Shown in pieces: positions 1 through 8,182 of a stretch of DNA of 57,451 nt. How positions within the stretch are numbered: position 1 is the first letter of the stretch; each line of letters begins with the position of its first letter. Source of the DNA: a virus; the IMG/VR virus record IMGVR_UViG_3300046059_000043, positions 1 to 57,451 of that record, one strand, 5' to 3'. The position numbers were made by a program, and so were the translations under genes. The notes under the pieces are model-generated. The model saw only the letters and a program-made list of their open reading frames with translations. It had not been told where the DNA came from and did not search any database.

Positions 1-55
1 GGGGGACCCTCTCAGGTCCCATTCTACGCCCGCAGCGTCAGTACCACCGAAAATG
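1..55. repeat. 55-bp terminal direct repeat, identical to 57397..57451. Read as the assembly overlap of a circular or terminally redundant molecule.
   Basis: The first 55 nt, GGGGGACCCTCTCAGGTCCCATTCTACGCCCGCAGCGTCAGTACCACCGAAAATG, recur exactly as the last 55 nt of the window. Confidence 0.95.
3..20 (-). terminator. Hairpin GGGACC-N6-GGTCCC downstream of leftward ORF 38..493
   Basis: 6-bp perfect inverted repeat at 3-8 and 15-20. It lies just past the stop of the minus-strand ORF. No T-run follows, so terminator function is uncertain. Confidence 0.3.
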
Positions 56-493
56 GTCCGGTTCGAGCGGTTCAAGTTCGTCCTCCGAGTCGGTCGGCTC
101 GGTTGTAAGCGCCCGGACGGCGCTGAACGCATTTTCCATCCCGGTAAAGCGGAGCGTGAACGCCGCGTGCGGGTCCTCTTCTGGATGAGGCCGCTCAACG
201 GACCCGTCCGGCGCGCACCGGATCACTTGGTATCGGCGCGGTTCCTCTGTTCGGTGTCCGGGCGGCCCGGTCGGGGGTGCCTTACTGGACACGACGGCGT
301 AAGCATGGCCGTCGGGTCCCACCGTCGGCGTGCCGTGCAAAAGCGAGCTATGAAACCGCATCGTGTCGTCGTCGAAAAAATGGCCGCCCTGTTCTTCGTG
401 GCGGCGGATCACGTCGCCCCACGGAACGGGGGGCGAAAACGGTTCGTGCGGGGATTCCCTGTGTGTGTCGGGGTGCTCTTTGGTCGCATCCAT
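38..493 (-). CDS. hypothetical protein (151 aa, acidic, His/Pro-rich)
   Basis: ORF track. The ATG at 493 sits in the recurrent GAAACCGATG start context. I recognise no motif. Confidence 0.6.
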   Translation of the reverse strand: MDATKEHPDTHRESPHEPFSPPVPWGDVIRRHEEQGGHFFDDDTMRFHSSLLHGTPTVGPDGHAYAVVSSKAPPTGPPGHRTEEPRRYQVIRCAPDGSVERPHPEEDPHAAFTLRFTGMENAFSAVRALTTEPTDSEDELEPLEPDHFRWY

Positions 494-625
494 CGGTTTC
501 GGTCCGTCTGTTCTCAGTGAGCGAATGAACGGGGAACGTCCCGTTCGCGCCGGGCGCCCGCCCCTGGCTGAATGCCAGCGAAACGGACGCCCGAAACGAG
601 CGGGGCGAAGAGTGCACGTTCAACA

Positions 626-1687
626 TCAGCTGAAGAGCCGATAAAGCGTGTAGCTCTTCCCGTGCTCCCCGATCTGGACGCGCTTCGCCACCGCCTCTTG
701 CTCGTCAAAGTAGCGGGGGGCGTCGGCATCGGGCTGTTCCTGGAATCGCTCCGTCAGCCACACCACTTCGCCGCCCGTCTCTTGGGCGAAGCGGAGCGCC
801 TCCTCAGAGGGACACGAGCGCTCCGAATACGAGGCCTCTTTGTCAAAGTCGACGCGGAAGCTGTCGTGGTAGTCCGCCGCCACGCGCTCCAGGACGTAAC
901 GGCGTTGGCAGTCGTAACCCTCTTCAAGGGCATCCTGCAAAACGTCGGAGCCGTGGGTTTCAGCCCACTCGGCCCGTTCGGCCTTTCTGAGCTCACGGCG
1001 CTTCTGTTTCTCCGCCCGGCGCGCTTCCTTGCGGCGCTCCTTTTCTGCCTCGTACGCCTCCTTTCTTTCCTTCGCCTCCTCATTGGCGCTTTTGATCTGG
1101 CCGAAATGATCGGAGTCCTCAAAATCGGAGAGGACCCCGGATTTCAGGACGAGAGGCGGTTCAAGGGTGCCCTCTCCCTCCGTCACGGTTCCGCGGTTCT
1201 CCCTGAGGAGATGCAGCAACCGCGGGGCCGCCTCATCCAAGTTTTCGACGTGCTCGGTGCGCTTCAGCTCGAAAAGGTCTTCGCGCCTGTCGAGGGCCTC
1301 TCCCAGCATGTCCGCAGTCAGAGGCTCGCTGAACTTCATGTACTGCCCCGCCGTCGAGCGCGACGTTGGAACTTGGAGCTCAGGGTAATCGCTGAGGCGC
1401 TCATAAGTGCGCCTCACCGACCCGACCGTTCGGCTGTTGTGGATTTTGTTCTCAGGGACGCGCAGGGAAACCGTTTTTGAGATGTCTCCGCTCGAACGCG
1501 TGCTCCCTACATCCGCAAGGTCGTAAAGCCTCTTCCGCACGGATGCGGGCACGTCCTCCGCGCTCACGTCCAGCGTCTGCGTCCGGTCGGGGCGCTTCCC
1601 AGTCTCGGCGAACCGCTCTTTGCGGTATTCGTCGGTGAGCGCGTATTTGATCGAAAAGGTGACAGGGGTGCTCTCTACGGTGTTCAT
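626..1687 (-). CDS. hypothetical protein with a central Lys/Glu/Arg-rich helix
   Basis: ORF track gives 626..1747. I prefer the internal ATG at 1687 (MNTVEST...). Charged helix: EEAKERKEAYEAEKERRKEARRAEKQKRRELRKAERAEW. Confidence 0.6.
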   Translation of the reverse strand: MNTVESTPVTFSIKYALTDEYRKERFAETGKRPDRTQTLDVSAEDVPASVRKRLYDLADVGSTRSSGDISKTVSLRVPENKIHNSRTVGSVRRTYERLSDYPELQVPTSRSTAGQYMKFSEPLTADMLGEALDRREDLFELKRTEHVENLDEAAPRLLHLLRENRGTVTEGEGTLEPPLVLKSGVLSDFEDSDHFGQIKSANEEAKERKEAYEAEKERRKEARRAEKQKRRELRKAERAEWAETHGSDVLQDALEEGYDCQRRYVLERVAADYHDSFRVDFDKEASYSERSCPSEEALRFAQETGGEVVWLTERFQEQPDADAPRYFDEQEAVAKRVQIGEHGKSYTLYRLFS

Positions 1688-1840
1688 AACTGAGGTTGCC
1701 GCACATGCGGCGATTTGGTTCGAATGGAATGAGCAGCACAGGCACATGCCTGTGCGGCGGGCGAGACGCCCGGCAGAGGGAACCGAAGGCTGTTCGGCTC
1801 CTCTCTGCCCGGCCTCTCGGGCCGGGGCTGTTCCCCGCAG

Positions 1841-2317
1841 CTAGATCCGCGCGGGCTTCTCCGCAAACGCGCGGACGCCGGACGGAAGCTGCTTCCACGC
1901 CTCGTGCACGACACGCGGCACGCCGCTTACGTTATCGTCGCCTTGCTGATACGGCCTCAGCGCATCCGCTTCGTAGTAGCGGCGCGGCGTGATGCGATTC
2001 GTCAGGCAGTAGGCAATGCACTGAAGCGCCGTCCGATCCTCGGTTTGGCGATGGGAGATGCGCCAATCAAGATCGCAAATGTTGGGCGTCTCGTGCGAAA
2101 AGCACACCGTCGCCCCCGGCGGCGCGTAGCGCTTCCGGTTCACCGCCTGGTATTCGCCACGCTGGTACTCCCCAGAGGACCACACCGGCGCGCCGTGATG
2201 CTCGGATTTCGGGTTGTGGTATGTGGTCAGCCGCGGAATCTGAATCCAACGACCGCGCTTCCGGATGACATAGATCGTGCGCTTTGAAGAGTCGGTTCGG
2301 GTGGATTGTCGTCTCAT
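1841..2317 (-). CDS. hypothetical protein (158 aa)
   Basis: ORF track gives 1841..2386. The ATG at 2317 (MRRQST...) is in a CGAACCGATG context and is preceded by three promoter-like boxes. Confidence 0.6.
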   Translation of the reverse strand: MRRQSTRTDSSKRTIYVIRKRGRWIQIPRLTTYHNPKSEHHGAPVWSSGEYQRGEYQAVNRKRYAPPGATVCFSHETPNICDLDWRISHRQTEDRTALQCIAYCLTNRITPRRYYEADALRPYQQGDDNVSGVPRVVHEAWKQLPSGVRAFAEKPARI

Positions 2318-2338
2318 CGGTTCGGTGATGTCTGATGC

Positions 2339-2413
2339 GAAAAAAAGTCGGTAGGGTGTCGGCAGAAAAAATGCCGGTAGGGGCACCGCCTGCGAAAAAA
2401 CGCAGGTAGGGGG
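2339..2413 (-). promoter_or_regulatory. Three tandem copies of the A-run/CGGTAGGG box (minus strand: CCCTACCG-N-T6-7-C)
   Basis: Plus strand: GAAAAAAAGTCGGTAGGG (2339-2356), GAAAAAATGCCGGTAGGGG (2365-2383) and GAAAAAACGCAGGTAGGGGG (2394-2413). They begin 22 nt upstream of the ATG at 2317. Confidence 0.45.
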
Positions 2414-2484
2414 TGCCTACTGGCGAACCGGGGCGGGGTATCGGGTCAACCGCCGAACGCCGACGGTGCGTCGATCGGATCCCT

Positions 2485-2498
2485 GAACCTGTCGGTTC
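2485..2498. promoter_or_regulatory. GAACC-N4-GGTTC palindrome (GAACCTGTCGGTTC)
   Basis: Perfect 5+5 inverted repeat in the intergenic region between ORFs 2586..3428 and 1841..2317. One of five perfect copies in the genome. Confidence 0.4.
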
Positions 2499-2585
2499 AT
2501 CGCCCGAACGGTCCGCGCCGGACGCCCCACAGCTAACGCTTCAGTGCCAGCGATTCAGCACTGCGGGGCGCCCGAAACGGGCCGT

Positions 2586-3428
2586 TCAGCGGGCGTTCGC
2601 CCGGTGAAACAGATCCGCCAGTTCAACGGCACTGGCAATCGTCGCCGTGTCGACGTAGGCAGAATCGGGCGTCTCAAAAATGAAGTGCTCCCCGATCCGC
2701 TCCATGCACTCCCGGAAGAGGGCGCGCCGCTCCTTCTCCGGGACCGAATCAAGAATGTGAAACAGCGTCTCTTCAGCGTCCATCGGATGCGTCGCGCCCG
2801 GCACGTTCGCCCGGCGCGCCCGGCGGAGAAACTGTGTCGCCCGCTCGCCCGACACTGCACGGGTCTCTAACTCCGACCAAAAATCGTCAACGGCCCACGA
2901 CCGGATCGCATCCCGGCGGAGCTCCGACCGCAGTTCTTGCCAGTCGGTTTCGTCAAGAAGCCCGGTCGAGTACCCCGTTTCCGCGCACAGCATACGAAGG
3001 TCCCGGATCACACCCGGATCGGTCACATCCCCGCGCACGAGGACACCGTGAGAGTTGTATCCGCCATGTGTCCCGTGCACGCCCTCCACATCAGAGTGCC
3101 GCTCTAAAAAGACGCGCTGGTTCGACCGCTCCACCGTGCCGTGGTGGTAGGAGCCCCACGAGGCCCGATCCGGCGAAAAAAAGAGGTACCCGGGTTCGGT
3201 CTCCCGTGTCGGCACGTGAGAGAACCAGTAGTCGGTGATGCTGTCTGGATCCTTCAGATCGCCCATCGACACAGACTCACCCGAATTGGGACGGCGGTCT
3301 ATATCATAGCTGGATAGATCACTGTCCGTGCGCCGCCGGATGCGGACCGCACGCCACCGCCCGCGGGGCGGGTCAAGGTCCCGCACGGACTGTTCTTCGG
3401 TTTGCGATTCGGTTGTTGATCGGTTCAT
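2586..3428 (-). CDS. hypothetical protein (280 aa)
   Basis: ORF track. ATG in a GAAACCGATG context. Acidic composition. Confidence 0.65.
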   Translation of the reverse strand: MNRSTTESQTEEQSVRDLDPPRGRWRAVRIRRRTDSDLSSYDIDRRPNSGESVSMGDLKDPDSITDYWFSHVPTRETEPGYLFFSPDRASWGSYHHGTVERSNQRVFLERHSDVEGVHGTHGGYNSHGVLVRGDVTDPGVIRDLRMLCAETGYSTGLLDETDWQELRSELRRDAIRSWAVDDFWSELETRAVSGERATQFLRRARRANVPGATHPMDAEETLFHILDSVPEKERRALFRECMERIGEHFIFETPDSAYVDTATIASAVELADLFHRANAR

Positions 3429-3564
3429 CGGTTTCGGTTGACTTCGTTCATCGGTTCAGTGAGTCGGACGCCGAAAGCGGCGCCCGCACCGGGCGGTCGG
3501 CTATGCCAGCAACGGTAAACACTCCGTCAGCACAGCGGACCGCCCGAGACGGGCGTCGGATGGC

Positions 3565-4344
3565 CTACACGCGCATCAGGTTCGCCACGCGGTCTGGTTC
3601 CTCCCACCGGGTGCCGAACTTCGCGTTGTGGGCACGAAGGAGCTCCACACCCATCACCGTGTATGGAAACGGCACTCCCATCGCCCCATGCGCGTACGAA
3701 TACACGAAGTGAGACGCCACGTGTGTATCACTGAGGGCGAGTTCCCGCACGGATTCGACAAAGCCCGCGGGGACCGCCGCATCATACGCCCGGTGCCCGC
3801 CCGACCGCGGTTCGATCTGTAGGCGCTCCGCTAGATACGCGTCAATGCTGAAACCGCCGTCGGGCGTGTCGTACGCCGTCGGTCCATTATCGCCGAACGG
3901 CGTGCGCCGTACCGACCGGATCCCCGCCGACACGCTCCGTTCATAACAGTCCCACAGGTTCTCCCCCGAGGCGCGCCCCTGGATCACACCCGGCACGTGA
4001 CCGCTGTACTGACGTGCGTTCATCTCTGCCTCGTGGGCTGCCCCCTCTATCGTCTCCGCGCCCGGATCCTCGCCCGGACGGGCGCGAAGCGCCGCGGTCC
4101 GCCCGTTGTGGAATCCAACTTCTACCACGTGCGTAGCGGCGCCGCGCCCATTGTCGAAACCCTCCGTCCCACCGGTCCCGCGGCGCTCTGCAATGTGGAG
4201 CATTGCTTCATCCACGGTGCCCGCGAACATACCCGGACTGCGGTGGATCGTCGCGTTGGTGACCGCATCAATGGCCTCCGCCGTGATCGCTGCTGCACGC
4301 CTGTGCTGCTGAATGTCTTCTTTGATCGCTTCCATTGGTCTCAT
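3565..4344 (-). CDS. hypothetical protein (259 aa)
   Basis: ORF track gives 3565..4530. I prefer the ATG at 4344 (MRPMEAIK...) in a CAAACCGATG context, 14 nt after a T8 run. The longer form would overlap the upstream ORF. Confidence 0.6.
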   Translation of the reverse strand: MRPMEAIKEDIQQHRRAAAITAEAIDAVTNATIHRSPGMFAGTVDEAMLHIAERRGTGGTEGFDNGRGAATHVVEVGFHNGRTAALRARPGEDPGAETIEGAAHEAEMNARQYSGHVPGVIQGRASGENLWDCYERSVSAGIRSVRRTPFGDNGPTAYDTPDGGFSIDAYLAERLQIEPRSGGHRAYDAAVPAGFVESVRELALSDTHVASHFVYSYAHGAMGVPFPYTVMGVELLRAHNAKFGTRWEEPDRVANLMRV

Positions 4345-4376
4345 CGGTTTGGTTGTCGAAAAAAAACGAGAGTACC

Positions 4377-4394
4377 CGAACGGCGAACCGTTCG
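4377..4394 (-). other. Hairpin CGAACGG-CGAA-CCGTTCG (UUCG loop on the minus-strand transcript)
   Basis: 7-bp perfect stem with a 4-nt loop, between palindrome 4408-4421 and the T8 run at 4359-4366. Confidence 0.4.
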
Positions 4395-4407
4395 CGCCGT
4401 CCGCCCC

Positions 4408-4421
4408 GAACCTTTCGGTTC
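4408..4421. promoter_or_regulatory. GAACC-N4-GGTTC palindrome (GAACCTTTCGGTTC)
   Basis: Perfect copy, identical to the one at 49187-49200. Intergenic, upstream of ORF 3565..4344. Confidence 0.4.
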
Positions 4422-4484
4422 TATTCGGTTGGGGGCGGACGAAACGAACAGCCCGTCGCCTATGACCGGGCACCCTCCACGGCG

Positions 4485-5099
4485 TCAAGCACAACGAGCG
4501 CCGTGTCGCGCCCGCCGACCGCTCGGGCAAGGGGCGTGCCGTCCGCCCGGTCGTACACGTCGTACATCTGCCCGGTCAATCACGAGACGACCGTCGTCCC
4601 GGCGCTCCGTGTCTGGGGGCAAGTCGCTTAGGGCCTCATCACAACGCGCCCGGGCAGTGCTCACAGCCGACCGAATCTCATCCGGGTCAAAGTAACCGGT
4701 TCGCGTTTCGAGGGGCTGAAAATCAATCTCTGGAACCTCGACGCGGGCGTGAAATCGTGATTTCCCTTGCGCCTGCCCCAGATCAAAGCAGAGACGGTAG
4801 CCGTCAAGGTGGCGGTTCTGGTATACACACTTTACCCATGCCCATAGGTACAGCGTCCGGTCTGCCGGAACCGGATCCCCGCGGAGGCGCTCCGCTTCCG
4901 CTTCCTCTTCATCAGTGAGCGGCACGGCCCACGGCCTGCCCCGCTCAAAGAAGTCGTCCGCTACGGGGATGCGGAGGCCCTTCGCATCCTTGCGGGCGCG
5001 GTCGTCCGAAAGGGCCTCCCCAATGCTGTAGAGGATACCGCGGGTGCTAGCGCGGCCCACGCGGTCGGAAGTGCGGTCGTCGGTGCTAGAATGACTCAT
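4485..5099 (-). CDS. hypothetical protein (204 aa)
   Basis: ORF track. ATG in a TGAACCGATG context. An A6 run lies 23 nt upstream, at 5123-5128 on the plus strand. Confidence 0.6.
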   Translation of the reverse strand: MSHSSTDDRTSDRVGRASTRGILYSIGEALSDDRARKDAKGLRIPVADDFFERGRPWAVPLTDEEEAEAERLRGDPVPADRTLYLWAWVKCVYQNRHLDGYRLCFDLGQAQGKSRFHARVEVPEIDFQPLETRTGYFDPDEIRSAVSTARARCDEALSDLPPDTERRDDGRLVIDRADVRRVRPGGRHAPCPSGRRARHGARCA

Positions 5100-5139
5100 C
5101 GGTTCAGTGTTGGTTTGGTGAGAAAAAACAGGAAGCGTG

Positions 5140-5310
5140 CTACGTTGACCAACGGCGCGACCGGGCCTCGTGGCGCCGACGGCGCACGTTCAACGGATCG
5201 GCAGTCTCAATCCGCTCGACGGCCCGCCGGTAAACGTCGGCCTCCTTTTCGGCCAACCGCCGCTCATGAACCCGGTCGCGCTCGCGGTGATAGGGGAGAG
5301 AGTCCGTCAT
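5140..5310 (-). CDS. Possible small basic protein (56 aa, MTDSLPYHRERDRVHERRLAEKEADVYRRAVERIETADPLNVRRRRHEARSRRWST), below the ORF-track cutoff
   Basis: Hand translation of the minus strand from the ATG at 5310 to the TAG at 5142-5140. Third codon positions are mostly G/C. It would be the first leftward ORF next to the 12-bp palindrome. No homology evidence. Confidence 0.35.
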   Translation of the reverse strand: MTDSLPYHRERDRVHERRLAEKEADVYRRAVERIETADPLNVRRRRHEARSRRWST

Positions 5311-5341
5311 CAGTATAGGGGATCGATTTATGGAATATCGT

Positions 5342-5353
5342 GTGATATATCAC
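5342..5353. promoter_or_regulatory. Perfect 12-bp palindrome GTGATATATCAC in the AT-rich core of the divergent control region
   Basis: Self-complementary 12-mer read directly. It sits between the leftward and rightward arms in the most AT-rich stretch of that region. Confidence 0.45.
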
Positions 5354-5695
5354 GGGCTTCGGGGGGTGTAGTTCCGGTGTGCGTGTGAAGAATCATGCGT
5401 CGGGCAACCCAACCCACAAAATTTTTTGCGCCCGAAAACCTCTTAGTGTTACGGTTCTCTGCAGTATCGGCACGCATTCCCGTGGTATATGCCACTTTGT
5501 CACCAACCGTAACGCATTCACACGGGAACCAGGGGTTGTGTAATTTTTACCCGACCCGAAACCGGGACGCCGCCCCAACACGCGTGATTTCAGGTTCCGC
5601 AATCCCCGCCGGAACCACATTGACATTCCCCACTTGATTCCCGACCAGCGGGCCGTTACCTTCTCCGTCCGTTCTTCTCACAGGGACGCAGGCGT

Positions 5696-6739
5696 ATGGC
5701 AACAGCAGCGACCATTTTCAGCGGCGGTGGCGGTGCAGACATCGGCTTATCGCAGGCGGGCTTGGGTGTGCGCTGGGGAATCGAGCAGGACGAGGCTGTC
5801 GCTCAGGTGGCCCGCGAGAACGGGTTACCCGTGCAGGTTGGGGACGTGACGGAGGTGGATCCGGGGTCGTATGAGGCGGTGGATGTGCTTCACGCCAGCC
5901 CGCCCTGTCCGAACTTTAGCGTAGCGAAGACGGCGGGTAAAGAGACGGAGGAGGATGTGTCGCTCGCCCGAGGGGCGGTTCGGTTTGTTCGGGGTGTTGA
6001 ACCGAAGCTGTTCACGCTTGAGAACGTGTGGGGATACCGGAAGAGCGATAGCTGGCGACTCATTCGGGAGGTGCTTCAGGGGGAGGGGTATCGGTGGAAC
6101 GCGTGGCGGCTCTGCGTAGCCAACTACGGGGTACCGCAGACGCGGAAGCGGATGATTGTTGCAGCGCGGAAGTGCGGGCCGCGACCGACGAGGCCGCCCG
6201 CCACGCACGCGGAGGAGCCAGGAGGAGGGGGGCTTTTTGGGGAGGGTCTGAGCGAGTGGGTTGGTTGGTACGAGGCGGTCCAGGACCTCATTCCGGGCCT
6301 TCCGGAGACGGAGCTGGCGGACTGGCAGAAGGATCGTCTTCCGGACGAGCTGGTGGAGACGACGATTGTTGACACGCAGCCGAATGCGCGGGGGCAGTGC
6401 CGTCGGGGGGCAGAGCCGACGAAGACGGTCGCGGCGGATCCGTCGGGGGGAGTGCCGCGGGCCGTTTTGGTCAGCAATATGAATACGGAGTGGGGCGATG
6501 GGATGCATGAGGGGGATGAGCCATCTCTTACAGTGACTGATCAACACGGAGGGCGTCTTCGGGCCATGTTGGGCCGCCGCGTCGTTCAGATGACGCCGCG
6601 CTGCCTGGCTCGCTTTCAGAGCTTCCCCGACTCCTACGAGCTGCCAGAGAGCAAGAGTCTCGCCTGCCGCATCATCGGCAACGCGGTCCCGCCGCTGGCG
6701 ATGCGGAAGTGGATCCAGAACTGGACGAAACACCCGTGA
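5696..6739 (+). CDS. DNA (cytosine-5)-methyltransferase
   Basis: C5-MTase motifs appear in order: I IFSGGGGADIG, IV HASPPCPNFS, VI TLENV, VIII QTRKR, X GNAVPP. Confidence 0.92.
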   Translation: MATAATIFSGGGGADIGLSQAGLGVRWGIEQDEAVAQVARENGLPVQVGDVTEVDPGSYEAVDVLHASPPCPNFSVAKTAGKETEEDVSLARGAVRFVRGVEPKLFTLENVWGYRKSDSWRLIREVLQGEGYRWNAWRLCVANYGVPQTRKRMIVAARKCGPRPTRPPATHAEEPGGGGLFGEGLSEWVGWYEAVQDLIPGLPETELADWQKDRLPDELVETTIVDTQPNARGQCRRGAEPTKTVAADPSGGVPRAVLVSNMNTEWGDGMHEGDEPSLTVTDQHGGRLRAMLGRRVVQMTPRCLARFQSFPDSYELPESKSLACRIIGNAVPPLAMRKWIQNWTKHP

Positions 6740-6798
6740 CATACCCCACGTAGTAAGAATCCACGTTCAAGTCATCCACTGACAGCCCGCTCGGACCC

Positions 6799-7872
6799 AT
6801 GAAATCAGCGAAGAGGAAGCTCCAAGACGAGTATCTTGATGGTGTCCCCACCCCGCAGCCCGGGCAGGACATGCCGGATTATTCCCACGGCCTGAAGGTG
6901 CTTGCAGAGGCGATTGATGATGTCAGGCGGAGCCTGAAGGAGGAGATTAAGGCGCTTTTTGAGGAGGTGGAGGAGACGCCGAGCATGTCCCGGGTATCTG
7001 AGGAGCTGGTGAACTTGGAAGATCGAATCAGCTCGATTAAGGAGATCACTGAGGAGATGAGCGAGGAGAGTCTCGTGTCGGAGTGGTTGAGTGAGGTAGA
7101 GGAAGAGCTGGAGGCCCTGAAGCAGGGGGAATATGGCTATGGCGAGATGGTTGGATCCGCAGCCAAGATGGGGCAGCGGGTTGATCAAAACGCGCAGCGC
7201 CTCGATGAGGCGGAGGAGGCTCGTGAGCGACTTGAGGACAGTTTGGTCGACAAGGCCCGCTCCATAGAGTCCTGCGAACAGGGTATTGAGGCGCTCGGGC
7301 GGGTGATTGATGACTTCGGGGAGAGGCTCGGCGACCTTTTTGAGAGGCTGGAGGGATTGGAGGCCCGCGTTCAGGAGGAGGATTTCGGGCCAATCGGTTC
7401 GGAGTTGGGCCGCTTGTCGGAGGGGCAGGGGAAGCTGTCATCCCTGTTGGAAGAGCTTGAGTCCCGCATTGAGGACATGGAGGAGGGGATGGACATCCAA
7501 GATGAGGAGCGAGCGAGCATGACAGGGATGATTGAGCGTCTCCGCCGGAGGGTTACCCGCCTTGAGGAGGCTTGGTTGGCTGATCGGTCCGATGCGGAGG
7601 TGGTGGAGGGCGGAAGCAGCGAGGCGACTCAGGCGGAGGCGCCCGCTCGCCCGAAGTCTCCTTTCCAGGAATCTCCTCGCTCGGATTCTTCTTCTGAGCC
7701 GTCCTGGCACGACGGGCCGCCGGAGCCGGGCGTGTACATTCGGGCGCATGAGCGTGGGAAGCCGGAAGTGGCCCGCATTGTGGCCCCGGCGGCGCTCGAC
7801 ATTCCGGAGTCGGAGACGTTTTACGGCCCGATTCCGGAGAAGGAGGGGACGGGCCTCGAAACATACGTGTAG
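6799..7872 (+). CDS. Acidic coiled-coil protein, function unknown (357 aa)
   Basis: ORF track. Long Glu/Leu/Arg heptad-like stretches, for example LEDRISSIKEITEEMSEESL and LERLEGLEARVQEED. Confidence 0.65.
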   Translation: MKSAKRKLQDEYLDGVPTPQPGQDMPDYSHGLKVLAEAIDDVRRSLKEEIKALFEEVEETPSMSRVSEELVNLEDRISSIKEITEEMSEESLVSEWLSEVEEELEALKQGEYGYGEMVGSAAKMGQRVDQNAQRLDEAEEARERLEDSLVDKARSIESCEQGIEALGRVIDDFGERLGDLFERLEGLEARVQEEDFGPIGSELGRLSEGQGKLSSLLEELESRIEDMEEGMDIQDEERASMTGMIERLRRRVTRLEEAWLADRSDAEVVEGGSSEATQAEAPARPKSPFQESPRSDSSSEPSWHDGPPEPGVYIRAHERGKPEVARIVAPAALDIPESETFYGPIPEKEGTGLETYV

Positions 7873-7930
7873 TTCCCCACGTGAAAGCGTGTCCGTCCGC
7901 AGGATCTTTCACCAGTGATCGGTGGCAAGG

Positions 7931-8182
7931 ATGAGTAGCCCGATAGATGGCCTGCCTGATCGGTACATGGGCTACCTCCCGCCGGAGTCGGAGGTCCCCG
8001 AGGGCGCGCCCAAGGAGGAGGCCGACGCGTACCGTGCGGTGAGGGCGATCATTCGGTGGGCGCAGGAGAACACCTCTGAGTCAGATGAGGTGATCGCCCG
8101 GAAGGTGATGAATGCCGTGCGGATGGGCGAGCTTGCATCGAATATGGACTTCCCTGAATCCGTCGGCTTTTTCCCAAACTAA
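7931..8182 (+). CDS. hypothetical protein (83 aa)
   Basis: ORF track gives 7922..8182 from a GTG. The first ATG is at 7931. Confidence 0.55.
   Translation: MSSPIDGLPDRYMGYLPPESEVPEGAPKEEADAYRAVRAIIRWAQENTSESDEVIARKVMNAVRMGELASNMDFPESVGFFPN

Noticed and set aside
2339-2413. The tandem A-run/G-box arrays (also 53331-53422) as a CRISPR array or as generic intrinsic terminators.
   Set aside because: There are only three units. Spacing is irregular (26-44 nt), the repeats are degenerate and there is no spacer-like unique sequence of constant length. Only one unit has a stem immediately before the T-run.
5312-5317. TATACT on the minus strand as a -10 box for the 56-aa ORF 5140..5310.
   Set aside because: It sits only 1 nt from the ATG, so a transcript initiated from it would start inside the ORF. 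Either it is not a promoter or the small ORF is not real. The ORF is kept at low confidence.
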